Of a DNA stretch of 64,000 nt, positions 51,916-60,098 are shown piece by piece; within the stretch, counting starts at the first letter, position 1, and every line of letters begins with the position of its first letter. Source of the stretch: Euryarchaeota archaeon RBG_16_67_27. Its GTDB lineage: Archaea > Thermoplasmatota > Thermoplasmata > RBG-16-68-12. The DNA is taken from contig MGVZ01000040.1 of assembly GCA_001800745.1 (NCBI GenBank), positions 1,875-65,874 on the forward strand, given 5' to 3'. The notes under the pieces are model-generated. The model was not told where the DNA came from. It saw only the letters and a program-made list of their open reading frames with translations, and did not search any database. The translations under genes and the position numbers were made by a program.

Positions 51916-53142
51916 TCAGAAGATGCGGCTCCTCGGAGCGATGTTCCCTCGGACGCTCGCCCCGGGGCCGATGAAGGATTCCTCCCCGACAATCGTGCCG
52001 GGGTCGATCGACGCATTGACCCCGATCTTCACGTCGTCTCCCATGATCACGCCGAGCTTGCGCAAGCCCGTGTCGACCTCCGCGCCGCGCCAAACGACCC
52101 TGATCGTCGCCTCGTCGAGTCGCAGGTTCGCGACCTTCGTGCCTGCACCGAGGTTGCAGCGCTCGCCGAGGATGCTGTCCCCGACGTAGTTCTGGTGCGG
52201 GACGTGCGTCGACGCCATGACAATCGAGTTCTTCACCTCGCAGGCGTTCCCCACCTTCGCGCCAGGCCCGAGGGTTGTCGAGGGCCGGATGTAGCAGTTC
52301 GGGCCGATGTCCGCCCCCGGACCGATGATCGTCGGGCCCTCGACGTAGGATCCACGCCGGACCGTTGCGCCTTCCTCGACGCGGACCTCTCCGACGAGGC
52401 TCGCCCCCGGTTCGACGGACCCCTCGACGGTCCCCTTGAGCGGCCTGAGCAGGGCTGCATTCGCGCGGAGGAGGTCCCACGGGCGACCGACGTCGATCCA
52501 ATCGCCGGGGAGGCGAAATCCATGGACGTCCTGGGAGGCGATCATCGCGCGAATCGTGTCCGTGATCTCGAACTCCCCGCGGGAGGATCTCGGCGTGCGG
52601 TCGATGAACGGGAAGATGTCGGGCCCGAAGATGTAGATCCCGGCGTTGATCAGGTTCGACTTCGGCGTGCGGGGTTTCTCCTCCAGGCCGACGACGCGTC
52701 CGTCATCGAGATCCACGACCCCGAAGGGTCGCGGATCCGCCACCTCGGCGAGTGCGATCACGGGCCCGCCCACCTTCGCGTAGTGGGCGATCATCGCCTT
52801 CAGCGCGCCGCCGGACACCACGACGTCCCCGTTCACGCTGAGGAACGCGCCGTCCACGTGGGACCGGAGGGCGCCGACCGCGTGCGCGGTCCCCAGCCGC
52901 TCCTCCTGCTCCTGGTAGACGATCGATAGGCCGACCTCCGCACCCCGCCCGAACCGCTCGCGGATCCTATGGCCCTGCCATCCGACCAGGACGGCGACCT
53001 CCGCCACGTCCGCCTCGCGGAGGGCCTCCAGCGTGTGTTGGAGGAACGGCTTCCCCGCGACCGGAAGCAGGGGCTTCGGGAGGTTGGCCGTAAGGGGGCG
53101 CATCCGCGTCCCTTCGCCAGCCGCAAGGACGACGGCCTTCAT
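51916..53142 (-). CDS. bifunctional sugar-1-phosphate nucleotidylyltransferase / acetyltransferase (archaeal GlmU-like)
   Basis: MKAVVLAAGEGTRMRPLT..KPLLPV forms the NTP-transferase domain. The C-terminal third is made of left-handed beta-helix hexapeptide repeats (..IGPGADIGPNCYI..VGNACEVKNSIV..). Confidence 0.85.
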   Translation of the reverse strand: MKAVVLAAGEGTRMRPLTANLPKPLLPVAGKPFLQHTLEALREADVAEVAVLVGWQGHRIRERFGRGAEVGLSIVYQEQEERLGTAHAVGALRSHVDGAFLSVNGDVVVSGGALKAMIAHYAKVGGPVIALAEVADPRPFGVVDLDDGRVVGLEEKPRTPKSNLINAGIYIFGPDIFPFIDRTPRSSRGEFEITDTIRAMIASQDVHGFRLPGDWIDVGRPWDLLRANAALLRPLKGTVEGSVEPGASLVGEVRVEEGATVRRGSYVEGPTIIGPGADIGPNCYIRPSTTLGPGAKVGNACEVKNSIVMASTHVPHQNYVGDSILGERCNLGAGTKVANLRLDEATIRVVWRGAEVDTGLRKLGVIMGDDVKIGVNASIDPGTIVGEESFIGPGASVRGNIAPRSRIF

Positions 53143-54440
53143 GCAGCGCCTTGCGCGCTCGATAGGACCGCAGCGTATATCTCCTTTGCCCTGCGCTCAT
53201 CGCGCGACTCCGCGAGAAGACGGATTTTCGGTTCCGTCCCGGAAAAACGGACGAGGGCCCATCCGTCCTCGAACTGCAGCCGCCACCCGTCGACCGTCGA
53301 GACGTCGCCGCCGAGAGCGCGCAACGCGGCGTCGAGACTCTTCGCGATTGCCGCGCGCCGATCCGGGGCAAACGGGATCGCGCCTCGCACGGCGGGGTAC
53401 GTCGGGATTTCGCGGACGAGCTCCGCGAGAGGCCGGGTCGCGACGAGGGCCACGAGTCGCGCAGCCGCGTACACGCCGTCCGGACAGAGGCTCGACCTGG
53501 GGAAGATCCACGTCCCCGACGGCTCCCCTCCGAAGTCTGCGTCACGCCGCTTCACCTCCTGGGCCACAAAGACGTCGCCCACGCGCGTCCGCCAGATCTT
53601 GGCCCGGGGGAACATGTCGTCGAGCGCCATCGAGGCATCGACGGGGACGACGAGAGCCCGGCGCACTTCCTGCCGCGCGAAGATCGCGAGGAGCTTGTCG
53701 CCGTCGACGAAGGTGCCACTCCGGTCCGTGGCGACCATGCGGTCCCCGTCGCCGTCGTGGGCAATCCCGAGGTCCGCACCCGTCGCACGCACCGTTGCCG
53801 CGAGCGCGGACAGGTTCGCCTCCGCGGGCTCCGGATCCCGGCCCGGGAACCGGCCGTCGAGCTGCGCGTTGATCGCGATGACCTCGCACCCGAGCTCCCG
53901 GAGGAGACGCGGTGTGATCGTCGCCGTGGCGCCACAGCCGCAGTCCACGACGACGCGCACCTTCGCGGAGCCGAGTTCCGCGCGGACCGCGTCGATGTGC
54001 TGGTCGACGAGATCGTCCCGCGCGAGCAGGCGACCGACCCGGTCCCACGATGCGGAACGGAACCGTCCCGAGTCGAGGGCACTCTCGATCTCCTCCTGCT
54101 GACGTTCGTCGAACGCCATGCCGTCTGGGTTCCACAGCTTGACCCCGTTGTACGGCGCAGGGTTGTGGGACGCCGTGATCACGGCTCCGCAGCCGTACTC
54201 CGTTGTGCCGCGAGCGAGGGTCGGGGTGGAGACGATCCCCGCGTCGGTCGCGTCCCCGCCCGCGGAGAGGACGCCCGCGCATAGCGACGCCGCGAGCATG
54301 GACCCGGTCGTCCGCGGGTCCCGGCCCACGATCACGGTACCGTACAGCTCGCCGAGCGTCTTGCCGATGGCGAGGGCGAGATCCGGGGTCACGTCCACGT
54401 TCGCGAGCCCTCGAATCCCGGAGGAGCCGAAGCGAGCCAC
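53139..54440 (-). CDS. glmM: phosphoglucosamine/phosphohexose mutase
   Basis: From ORF 53139..54509. FGSSGIRG, the phosphoserine loop TASHNPAPYNG, the Mg site DGDGDR and GEPSG are present. Start set to GTG 54440 because ATG 54509 abuts the only TATA-like box (54513-54519). It overlaps the downstream gene start by ATGA. Confidence 0.85.
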   Translation of the reverse strand: MARFGSSGIRGLANVDVTPDLALAIGKTLGELYGTVIVGRDPRTTGSMLAASLCAGVLSAGGDATDAGIVSTPTLARGTTEYGCGAVITASHNPAPYNGVKLWNPDGMAFDERQQEEIESALDSGRFRSASWDRVGRLLARDDLVDQHIDAVRAELGSAKVRVVVDCGCGATATITPRLLRELGCEVIAINAQLDGRFPGRDPEPAEANLSALAATVRATGADLGIAHDGDGDRMVATDRSGTFVDGDKLLAIFARQEVRRALVVPVDASMALDDMFPRAKIWRTRVGDVFVAQEVKRRDADFGGEPSGTWIFPRSSLCPDGVYAAARLVALVATRPLAELVREIPTYPAVRGAIPFAPDRRAAIAKSLDAALRALGGDVSTVDGWRLQFEDGWALVRFSGTEPKIRLLAESRDERRAKEIYAAVLSSAQGAA

Positions 54441-54512
54441 ACGGGGGAATGGGGCCCGCGTAGAAATCCCTTCGCGGGTCCCCCGCGGCCGCCGAAGGAG
54501 CGCGGCCAACGA

Positions 54513-54519
54513 TTATATA
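54513..54519. promoter_or_regulatory. bidirectional TATA-like box (TTATATA) between glmM and a small divergent ORF
   Basis: It is the only A/T-only heptamer in the spacer. It lies 60 nt upstream of ATG 54579 (GGAGGG in the leader) and about 73 nt upstream of GTG 54440 on the other strand. Confidence 0.4.
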
Positions 54520-54578
54520 GCGACGACCGGATGCGTCGCCACCCGGAGGGCCGGACGGGAGTCCCCGGAGGGAATTCA

Positions 54579-54803
54579 ATGGTCATGGAACCGATCAGCG
54601 TGGAGGCCGCGATCGAGAAGGCGAAGAAGAAGGGGCTTCGCCCGGGCCGCGTCCGGGGGACGGACGGCATCCAGTTCACGAAGGGGCGGAACACGCGCCT
54701 CGAGGTCATCAGCTGGGACGACTTCCGCGACACCTTGGCGGACCGGAGGCTTCAGGTCTTCGAATCCGGTGGCTTCATGAAGATCATGAAGCGGCGGCGG
54801 TAG
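54579..54803 (+). CDS. small hypothetical protein (74 aa)
   Basis: From ORF 54531..54803; ATG 54579 is preceded by CCGGAGGG. The sequence is MVMEPISVEAAIEKAKKKGLRPGRVRGTDGIQFTKGRNTRLEVISWDDFRDTLADRRLQVFESGGFMKIMKRRR. No family recognised. Confidence 0.5.
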   Translation: MVMEPISVEAAIEKAKKKGLRPGRVRGTDGIQFTKGRNTRLEVISWDDFRDTLADRRLQVFESGGFMKIMKRRR

Positions 54804-54814
54804 GACGCCCTTCC

Positions 54815-55312
54815 TCAAGGGGCCGCGGGGCGCGACGTGCCGCAGTACGGACAGACCTTCCAGTCCGGCAGCAGGGCGGCGCCGCACCGCGAGCACGGGG
54901 GCGGGACGGGCACAGGACTCGCCGGGCCTTGGCCCGCCGCCGCGTTCACGTACTGCCAGAACGCGTTCATGAGGTTCTGCGCATCCGTCTCGTACTCCGT
55001 ATAGGATATCGCACCGCCGACGACGGCCACGGGGAGGAACAGTACGGCGGCGACGGCGCCACCCACGAGGCCCTCGTCCGTAAGGCTCGCATTGAAGGCG
55101 AGGTCGACCGTGGTCCCCCCGGTCGCCTCGTCGAGGCCGAGCCGGACTTCCCGGCGCAGCCCGATCCGCGCGTAGAACGAGGAGCCACGGAATCGATAGG
55201 GCCCCGTCGGCTCAAGTCGGAAGCCCTGGCGCGCCCACCAGTCCCAGGCTCTTGGCCACACCTCGTCGCGCTTCACTTGGGCGAGGGTGCGAACGTCGCG
55301 CTTCTCGAACAC
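54815..55312 (-). CDS. hypothetical membrane-associated protein with C-terminal zinc ribbon
   Basis: 165 aa with a central hydrophobic helix (LVGGAVAAVLFLPVAVVGGAI) and C-terminal CSRCG...CPYCG. Confidence 0.55.
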   Translation of the reverse strand: MFEKRDVRTLAQVKRDEVWPRAWDWWARQGFRLEPTGPYRFRGSSFYARIGLRREVRLGLDEATGGTTVDLAFNASLTDEGLVGGAVAAVLFLPVAVVGGAISYTEYETDAQNLMNAFWQYVNAAAGQGPASPVPVPPPCSRCGAALLPDWKVCPYCGTSRPAAP

Positions 55313-55411
55313 GTCGCCATCAAAACCACAGCGACGACTTAAGGGATTCGCCGGATTCCCTCGGCCCCGGCAAGGTTAATAGGATTCGCTCGCATCGCAC
55401 GGCGGCCCAGT

Positions 55412-55496
55412 GCGTGGGTTGCCAAGCTTGGTCAAAGGCGCAGGACTCAGGATCCTGTCCTGCAGAGGTTCGCAGGTTCAAATCCTGCCCCACGCA
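55412..55496 (+). tRNA. tRNA-Leu (anticodon CAG), class II with long variable arm
   Basis: Hand-folded: acceptor GCGTGGG/CCCACGC, D arm GCC-AAGCTTGGTCAAA-GGC, anticodon arm CAGGA-CTCAGGA-TCCTG, variable arm TCCTGCAGAGGTTC, T arm GCAGG-TTCAAAT-CCTGC, discriminator A, no encoded CCA. A TTAATA box lies about 30 nt upstream. Confidence 0.9.
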
Positions 55497-55901
55497 TCCC
55501 CTCCCGGACCCGTTCGGGTTCAACCGAGTCGACGAGGGCACGGAAACGTGCATCCTACGGAAGGGGCGCGGTCCTCTGCCGCCGTCGGTTAAGCCCTCGA
55601 ACGCCGCGGAATGTACGTCCGCCTTATGGCCTTTATATGGCCCGTTATATAGTCATGCGGCAGACGCGCGTCGGACATATGGTTTAGCTTCTACGTTGAA
55701 TTATATTGCATTCTCATAGCGATATCAAAAACAGAACCTAAGTAGGAAAGCTATTCATAGTCTCGAAGCCTTTCTCGATTCCGTCCACGCGGACGAGGTC
55801 CGAGCGCGTTTTCCGCGGGTCGTCATCCCGCGGGAATCCCCCCGCGATCGGTTCTCGGCGTCCGGCCGGTCGCCGCCGCGCGTCCGCCTGGAGGTGGTCC
55901 G

Positions 55902-57356
55902 TTGCCCGCCCAGAAGTTCAGCCGGAGGTACCTGAACAGGCACAAGAAGAGCGCGCAGCTCTGGCGCCGAGCGGCGAAAATCACGCCCGGCGGGGTCGAG
56001 AGCAACATCCGCTTCTTCAAGCCCCACCCGTTCCTGGCCGACTACGGCGACGGCGGCTACATCTACGATGTCGACGGGAACAAGATCCTCGACTTCATGA
56101 TGGGCTTCGGCGCCCTGTTCCTAGGCCACAACGACCGGGACATCGCCCTCGAGGTGATCAAGCAGCTCGAGTCGGGCTCGATGCTCGGAATCACGACGGA
56201 GCTGTACGTCGAGTACATCGAGACGATCCAGAAGGCCTTCCCGAGCATGAAGAAGGTCCGACTCTGCAACAGCGGCACCGAGGCGACGATGCACGCGATG
56301 CGGGTCGCCCGGGCCTTCTCGGGCAAGGACAAGGTCGCGAAAGCGGAAGGCGCGTACCATGGCGCCCAGGACTACGCGCTCCAGAGCCTCGAGTTCGATC
56401 ACGCGACGCTGAGGAAGATGGACGGATACAAGCCCGTGACGTACGGACGCGGGGTGCCCAAGGCGATCCGCGACACGATCGTGATCTACCCGTACAACGA
56501 CATCGAAGGGACCGCGGAGATCCTCGAGCAGAACCAGGACGACGTGGGGTCGTTGATCATCGAGCCCGTCCTGTGCGGCCCCGGCGTGATCACGCCGAAG
56601 AACAACTACCTGAAGAAGCTGCGGCGGCTCACGAGTAAGATGGGGATCGTCCTGATCTTCGACGAGGTGCTCACGGGACTTCGCATCGCGTACGGCGGCG
56701 CGCAGGAGTACTACGACGTCCGGCCGGACTTGACGTGTTTCGGGAAGATCGCGGGCGGCGGCTTCCAGCTTGCGGGGTTCGGAGGCGAGGCGCAGATCAT
56801 GGACGTGCTCGAGCCTGGCAAGGGCTTCAAATTCGGGACGTTCCACGCGGGGACGTACAACGGGCATCCGGTGAGCGTCGCCGCGGGCAAGAAGTGCCTC
56901 GAGATCCTCGGCGCTCACCCGGAGTACTACACGAACTCGAACGCCCTCGGCCGCCAGCTGTTCAGCGGCCTCCAGGACCTCGCGGACGACCGCCGGATCC
57001 CGGCGTGGGTCGAGTATGTCGGCACGATCGGGAACGTGTACTTCACGACGAAGGACGAGATGAACAGCTTCCGCGATACGTTCGGGACGAACGAGAAACG
57101 CTGGTGGAACTGGTTCATCCATTGTCTCGGGAACAACGTCCTGTTCGGGATCCCGAACACGGGCGAACGGGCGTTCATCTCCGCGGTCCACACGGAAGAG
57201 GACATCGAGTGGGCCCTCGAGGTCGCCGACGCGGGCTTCGCCGCCGTGGCGAAGCAGGCCCGCCGGCAGCGGGAGCGGGCTCCGCCGCTCAAGCTCCAAG
57301 CGGTCCGCGAGCAGGCCGGGTTGTACGGCGAGACCCCCGCGCCTCCGAGCGTCTGA
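55902..57356 (+). CDS. class III (PLP) aminotransferase, glutamate-1-semialdehyde aminomutase-like
   Basis: TTG start preceded by GGAGGTGG. ..GGYIYDVDGNKILDF..GFGALFLGHND.., NSGTEATMHAMRVARAF and FDEVLTGLRIAYGGAQ are class III aminotransferase motifs. Confidence 0.85.
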   Translation: MPAQKFSRRYLNRHKKSAQLWRRAAKITPGGVESNIRFFKPHPFLADYGDGGYIYDVDGNKILDFMMGFGALFLGHNDRDIALEVIKQLESGSMLGITTELYVEYIETIQKAFPSMKKVRLCNSGTEATMHAMRVARAFSGKDKVAKAEGAYHGAQDYALQSLEFDHATLRKMDGYKPVTYGRGVPKAIRDTIVIYPYNDIEGTAEILEQNQDDVGSLIIEPVLCGPGVITPKNNYLKKLRRLTSKMGIVLIFDEVLTGLRIAYGGAQEYYDVRPDLTCFGKIAGGGFQLAGFGGEAQIMDVLEPGKGFKFGTFHAGTYNGHPVSVAAGKKCLEILGAHPEYYTNSNALGRQLFSGLQDLADDRRIPAWVEYVGTIGNVYFTTKDEMNSFRDTFGTNEKRWWNWFIHCLGNNVLFGIPNTGERAFISAVHTEEDIEWALEVADAGFAAVAKQARRQRERAPPLKLQAVREQAGLYGETPAPPSV

Positions 57357-57465
57357 GGCGGGCCCTCCGGCGGCCGGGAAGCGTCCCTCTCCTTGAACGC
57401 GAAGGCTCGGCACAAACTATATCGCCGGGGCGGGCGCTTCGCGCCCCGCGCAAGGGAGGTTCTCG

Positions 57466-58950
57466 ATGGCGAAGTCCACGAGGAAAGCGGGCGCCGCACG
57501 CCGATTCAAGATGTACATCGAAGGCAAGTGGGTGGAATCTGAGCGGGGAGAGACCTTCGACGTCGTGAGCCCCGCCTCCGGGGAGGTCATCGGGACGTTC
57601 CCGAAGGGGACGCGTGAGGACGCGAACCGAGCGGTCGAGGTCGCAGTGGCGGCACAGGAGACAATCGCGAGGATGCCGATCGCCGAGCGCGCGAGGCTCG
57701 GCGTCCGAATCACGGAGGAAATCCGCCGCTACGTGAAGGAATACGCGGTCGACTGCTCCCTCGAGCACGGCAAGCCCCTCCGGGAATCAATCATCGAAGT
57801 CGAGGACGCGATCCCGAACATCCTGTGGCAGGTCGAGGACCTGAAACGGTGGGATTCCCCGACGCAGGAGGCCTACTCGAAGCCCGACGTGATCTACATG
57901 ACCCTCCACGAGCCCTTGGGGACGGTCGCGACGATCACACCGTGGAACTTCCCCTGGGTCCTCCCCTCCGAATTCGTCGTGCAGGCGATGCTCGCGGGGA
58001 ACTCCGTGATCTACAAGCCCGCGAGCAACACGCCGTTGAGCGCGGCGCATCTCATGGAGTGCATCGACCGCGCGGGCGTTCCGCCCGGTGTGATCAACAT
58101 GGTGACGGGCCCCGGCGGCGAGGTCGGGACGACGTTGGTCGAGCACCCTCTCGTCGACGCGATCGGATTCACCGGGGAGACGACGACGGGGATCGACATC
58201 GCGAAGCGTGCGGGCCTGAAGAAGCTCACCCTCGAGCTCGGCGGCCTCGGCCCCCTGATCATCATGGACGACGCGAAGCTCGACGCAGCGGTCGAGGACA
58301 TCGCCTTCGGCTGCTTCACGAACACGGGACACTGCTGCGTCGCGAACGAACGAATCTTCGTGCACGAGGAGATACACGACCGAGTGGTGAAGTCCCTCGT
58401 CGAGCGGACGAAGAAGATGAAGGTCGGTTTCCCTCTCGACAACGACACGGACATGGGACCCGTGAACAACCGGCCGACGCTGGAGAAGGTCGAGGAGCAC
58501 GTCGCCGACGCCGTCAGGAAGGGGGCGACGGTCGTCGCGGGCGGCAAGCGAGTCTCCGGGATGCCGACGGACCTGTACTACTACCCGACCGTCATCGATG
58601 ACTGCGCCCCGGACATGCTCTTCAACACGGTCGAGACGTTCGGCCCGACCGCGCCAATCTTCGAGTTCTCGAAGCTCGACGAGGCGATCGAGATGGCGAA
58701 CGCGCCTCGGTACGGTCTGAGCATGGCGATCCATACCGCGAACCTCCGCGTCGCGTTCGAGGCCGCGAAGCGCCTGAAGTCGGGTCAGATCTGCATCAAC
58801 GAGCCCGTGTACTCGTGGGACTACTTCAATCCCTGGGGAGGCTTCCGGAACAGCGGCCTCGGTCGGATCGCGGGGCGATGGACCCTCGACGCGTTCTCGG
58901 AGCTCAAGACGGTCATGTTCAACGTCGGAAGGAGCCCCTGGCCGAGGTAA
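57466..58950 (+). CDS. NAD(P)-dependent aldehyde dehydrogenase
   Basis: 494 aa; ATG preceded by GGGAGG. It has FTGETTTG and LELGGLGP (catalytic Glu), FTNTGHCCVANERIFV (catalytic Cys) and the PWGGFRNSGLGR tail. Confidence 0.9.
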   Translation: MAKSTRKAGAARRFKMYIEGKWVESERGETFDVVSPASGEVIGTFPKGTREDANRAVEVAVAAQETIARMPIAERARLGVRITEEIRRYVKEYAVDCSLEHGKPLRESIIEVEDAIPNILWQVEDLKRWDSPTQEAYSKPDVIYMTLHEPLGTVATITPWNFPWVLPSEFVVQAMLAGNSVIYKPASNTPLSAAHLMECIDRAGVPPGVINMVTGPGGEVGTTLVEHPLVDAIGFTGETTTGIDIAKRAGLKKLTLELGGLGPLIIMDDAKLDAAVEDIAFGCFTNTGHCCVANERIFVHEEIHDRVVKSLVERTKKMKVGFPLDNDTDMGPVNNRPTLEKVEEHVADAVRKGATVVAGGKRVSGMPTDLYYYPTVIDDCAPDMLFNTVETFGPTAPIFEFSKLDEAIEMANAPRYGLSMAIHTANLRVAFEAAKRLKSGQICINEPVYSWDYFNPWGGFRNSGLGRIAGRWTLDAFSELKTVMFNVGRSPWPR

Positions 58951-58983
58951 GCATCCCACGGCACGGAGCCCGCTGGCCGCGGG

Positions 58984-60051
58984 CTACGTCTTGATCACGA
59001 CCGCGTTCGTGCTGTTCCATCCGACCTGGATCCGCGTGCCGACGGGCACGGTGTGCCCGATGTCGGAGATCTGCAGGTTCGCGACGAGCTTCGGGCCCAC
59101 GTCGAGCTGGACCGTGAGGCGGCTCGCGAGGCCGATGTAGACCTCGTCGAGGACGGTTCCCTCGAACACGTTCTCGCATGCCCCCGCGTCGGTCCCGATC
59201 CGGACCTTCTCCGGGCGGATCGACAGGAAGATCTCCTCCCCCGCGACCACGGTCTCGCCCACCACGCGGACGGCGACCTCTCCCGTTTTCATGAACGCGG
59301 ACCCGTCCTCGACCCGGTCAATCGTCCCCTTGAGGATGTTCGCTTCGCCGATGAATCCCGCGACGAACCGGGTCGCAGGCCTCTCATAGATTTCCTTCGA
59401 GTTCCCCATCTGCTCGACGCGACCCTTGTTGATCACGCCGATCACGTTCGACATCGTCAACGCCTCTTCTTGGTCGTGGGTGACGAAGATGAACGTGATC
59501 CCGAGCCGCGCCTGGAGCTTCTTCGTCTCGACCTGCATCTGTTTCCGGAGTTTGAGGTCCAGAGCCCCGAACGGTTCGTCCAGGAGGAGCACGCGCGGCT
59601 CCGTCACGAGGGCGCGCGCGAGCGCGACCCGCTGGCGTTCGCCGCCGCTGAGCTGGGTGATCTTCCGCCGGCCGTACTTCCGGTGGGGGAGCTCGACGAG
59701 GTCGAGGGCCTCGTCGACCCTCTTCTGGATCGCCTCCTTCGGGACCTTCCGCATCCGGAGGCCAAATGCGATGTTCCCCGCGACGGTCAGATGCGGGAAG
59801 AGCGCCAGGCTCTGGAACACCATGCTCGTGTCCCGCTCATACGGCGGCAGCGCGGTGACCTCTCGACCGCCGATGAACACCTTGCCTTTCGTCGGCTTCT
59901 CGAGCCCACCGATCATCCGGAGGATGGTCGACTTCCCGCTCCCGGATGGGCCCAGGAGCGTGAAGAAGGACCCTCGTTCGATCCCGAACGAGACGTCGTT
60001 GACGGCATTGACCGTGTTGTCGAAGATCTTCGTCAGTCCCTTGATTTCCAC
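58984..60051 (-). CDS. potA: ABC transporter ATP-binding protein (PotA/spermidine-putrescine type)
   Basis: Walker A GPSGSGKST, signature LSGGERQRVALARAL, Walker B LLLDEPFGALD and a C-terminal TOBE-like regulatory domain. Confidence 0.9.
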   Translation of the reverse strand: MEIKGLTKIFDNTVNAVNDVSFGIERGSFFTLLGPSGSGKSTILRMIGGLEKPTKGKVFIGGREVTALPPYERDTSMVFQSLALFPHLTVAGNIAFGLRMRKVPKEAIQKRVDEALDLVELPHRKYGRRKITQLSGGERQRVALARALVTEPRVLLLDEPFGALDLKLRKQMQVETKKLQARLGITFIFVTHDQEEALTMSNVIGVINKGRVEQMGNSKEIYERPATRFVAGFIGEANILKGTIDRVEDGSAFMKTGEVAVRVVGETVVAGEEIFLSIRPEKVRIGTDAGACENVFEGTVLDEVYIGLASRLTVQLDVGPKLVANLQISDIGHTVPVGTRIQVGWNSTNAVVIKT

Positions 60052-60098
60052 ATCGTACTCAGGCAGAGACTCGCCCCCTTCGTGTGTGCTTCATAAGA

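Noticed and set aside
55505-55535. Possible att-site remnant: GTTCGGGTTCAA just downstream of tRNA-Leu resembles GTTCGCAGGTTCAAA in the tRNA T-arm
   Set aside because: The match is only about a dozen nucleotides with an indel. No integrase, no second copy delimiting an island and no foreign-looking genes are nearby, so it is too weak to call an integration scar.
55252-55719. 155-aa plus-strand ORF (and 55320..55553 minus, 55410..55592 plus) overlapping tRNA-Leu
   Set aside because: They run straight through a well-folded tRNA gene and the A/T-rich island, and have no protein-like features.
55621-55780. A/T-rich island as a replication origin
   Set aside because: I could not find origin-recognition-box-like repeats (GTTCCAGTGGAAAC-type) flanking it. 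No orc1/cdc6 gene is present in the window.
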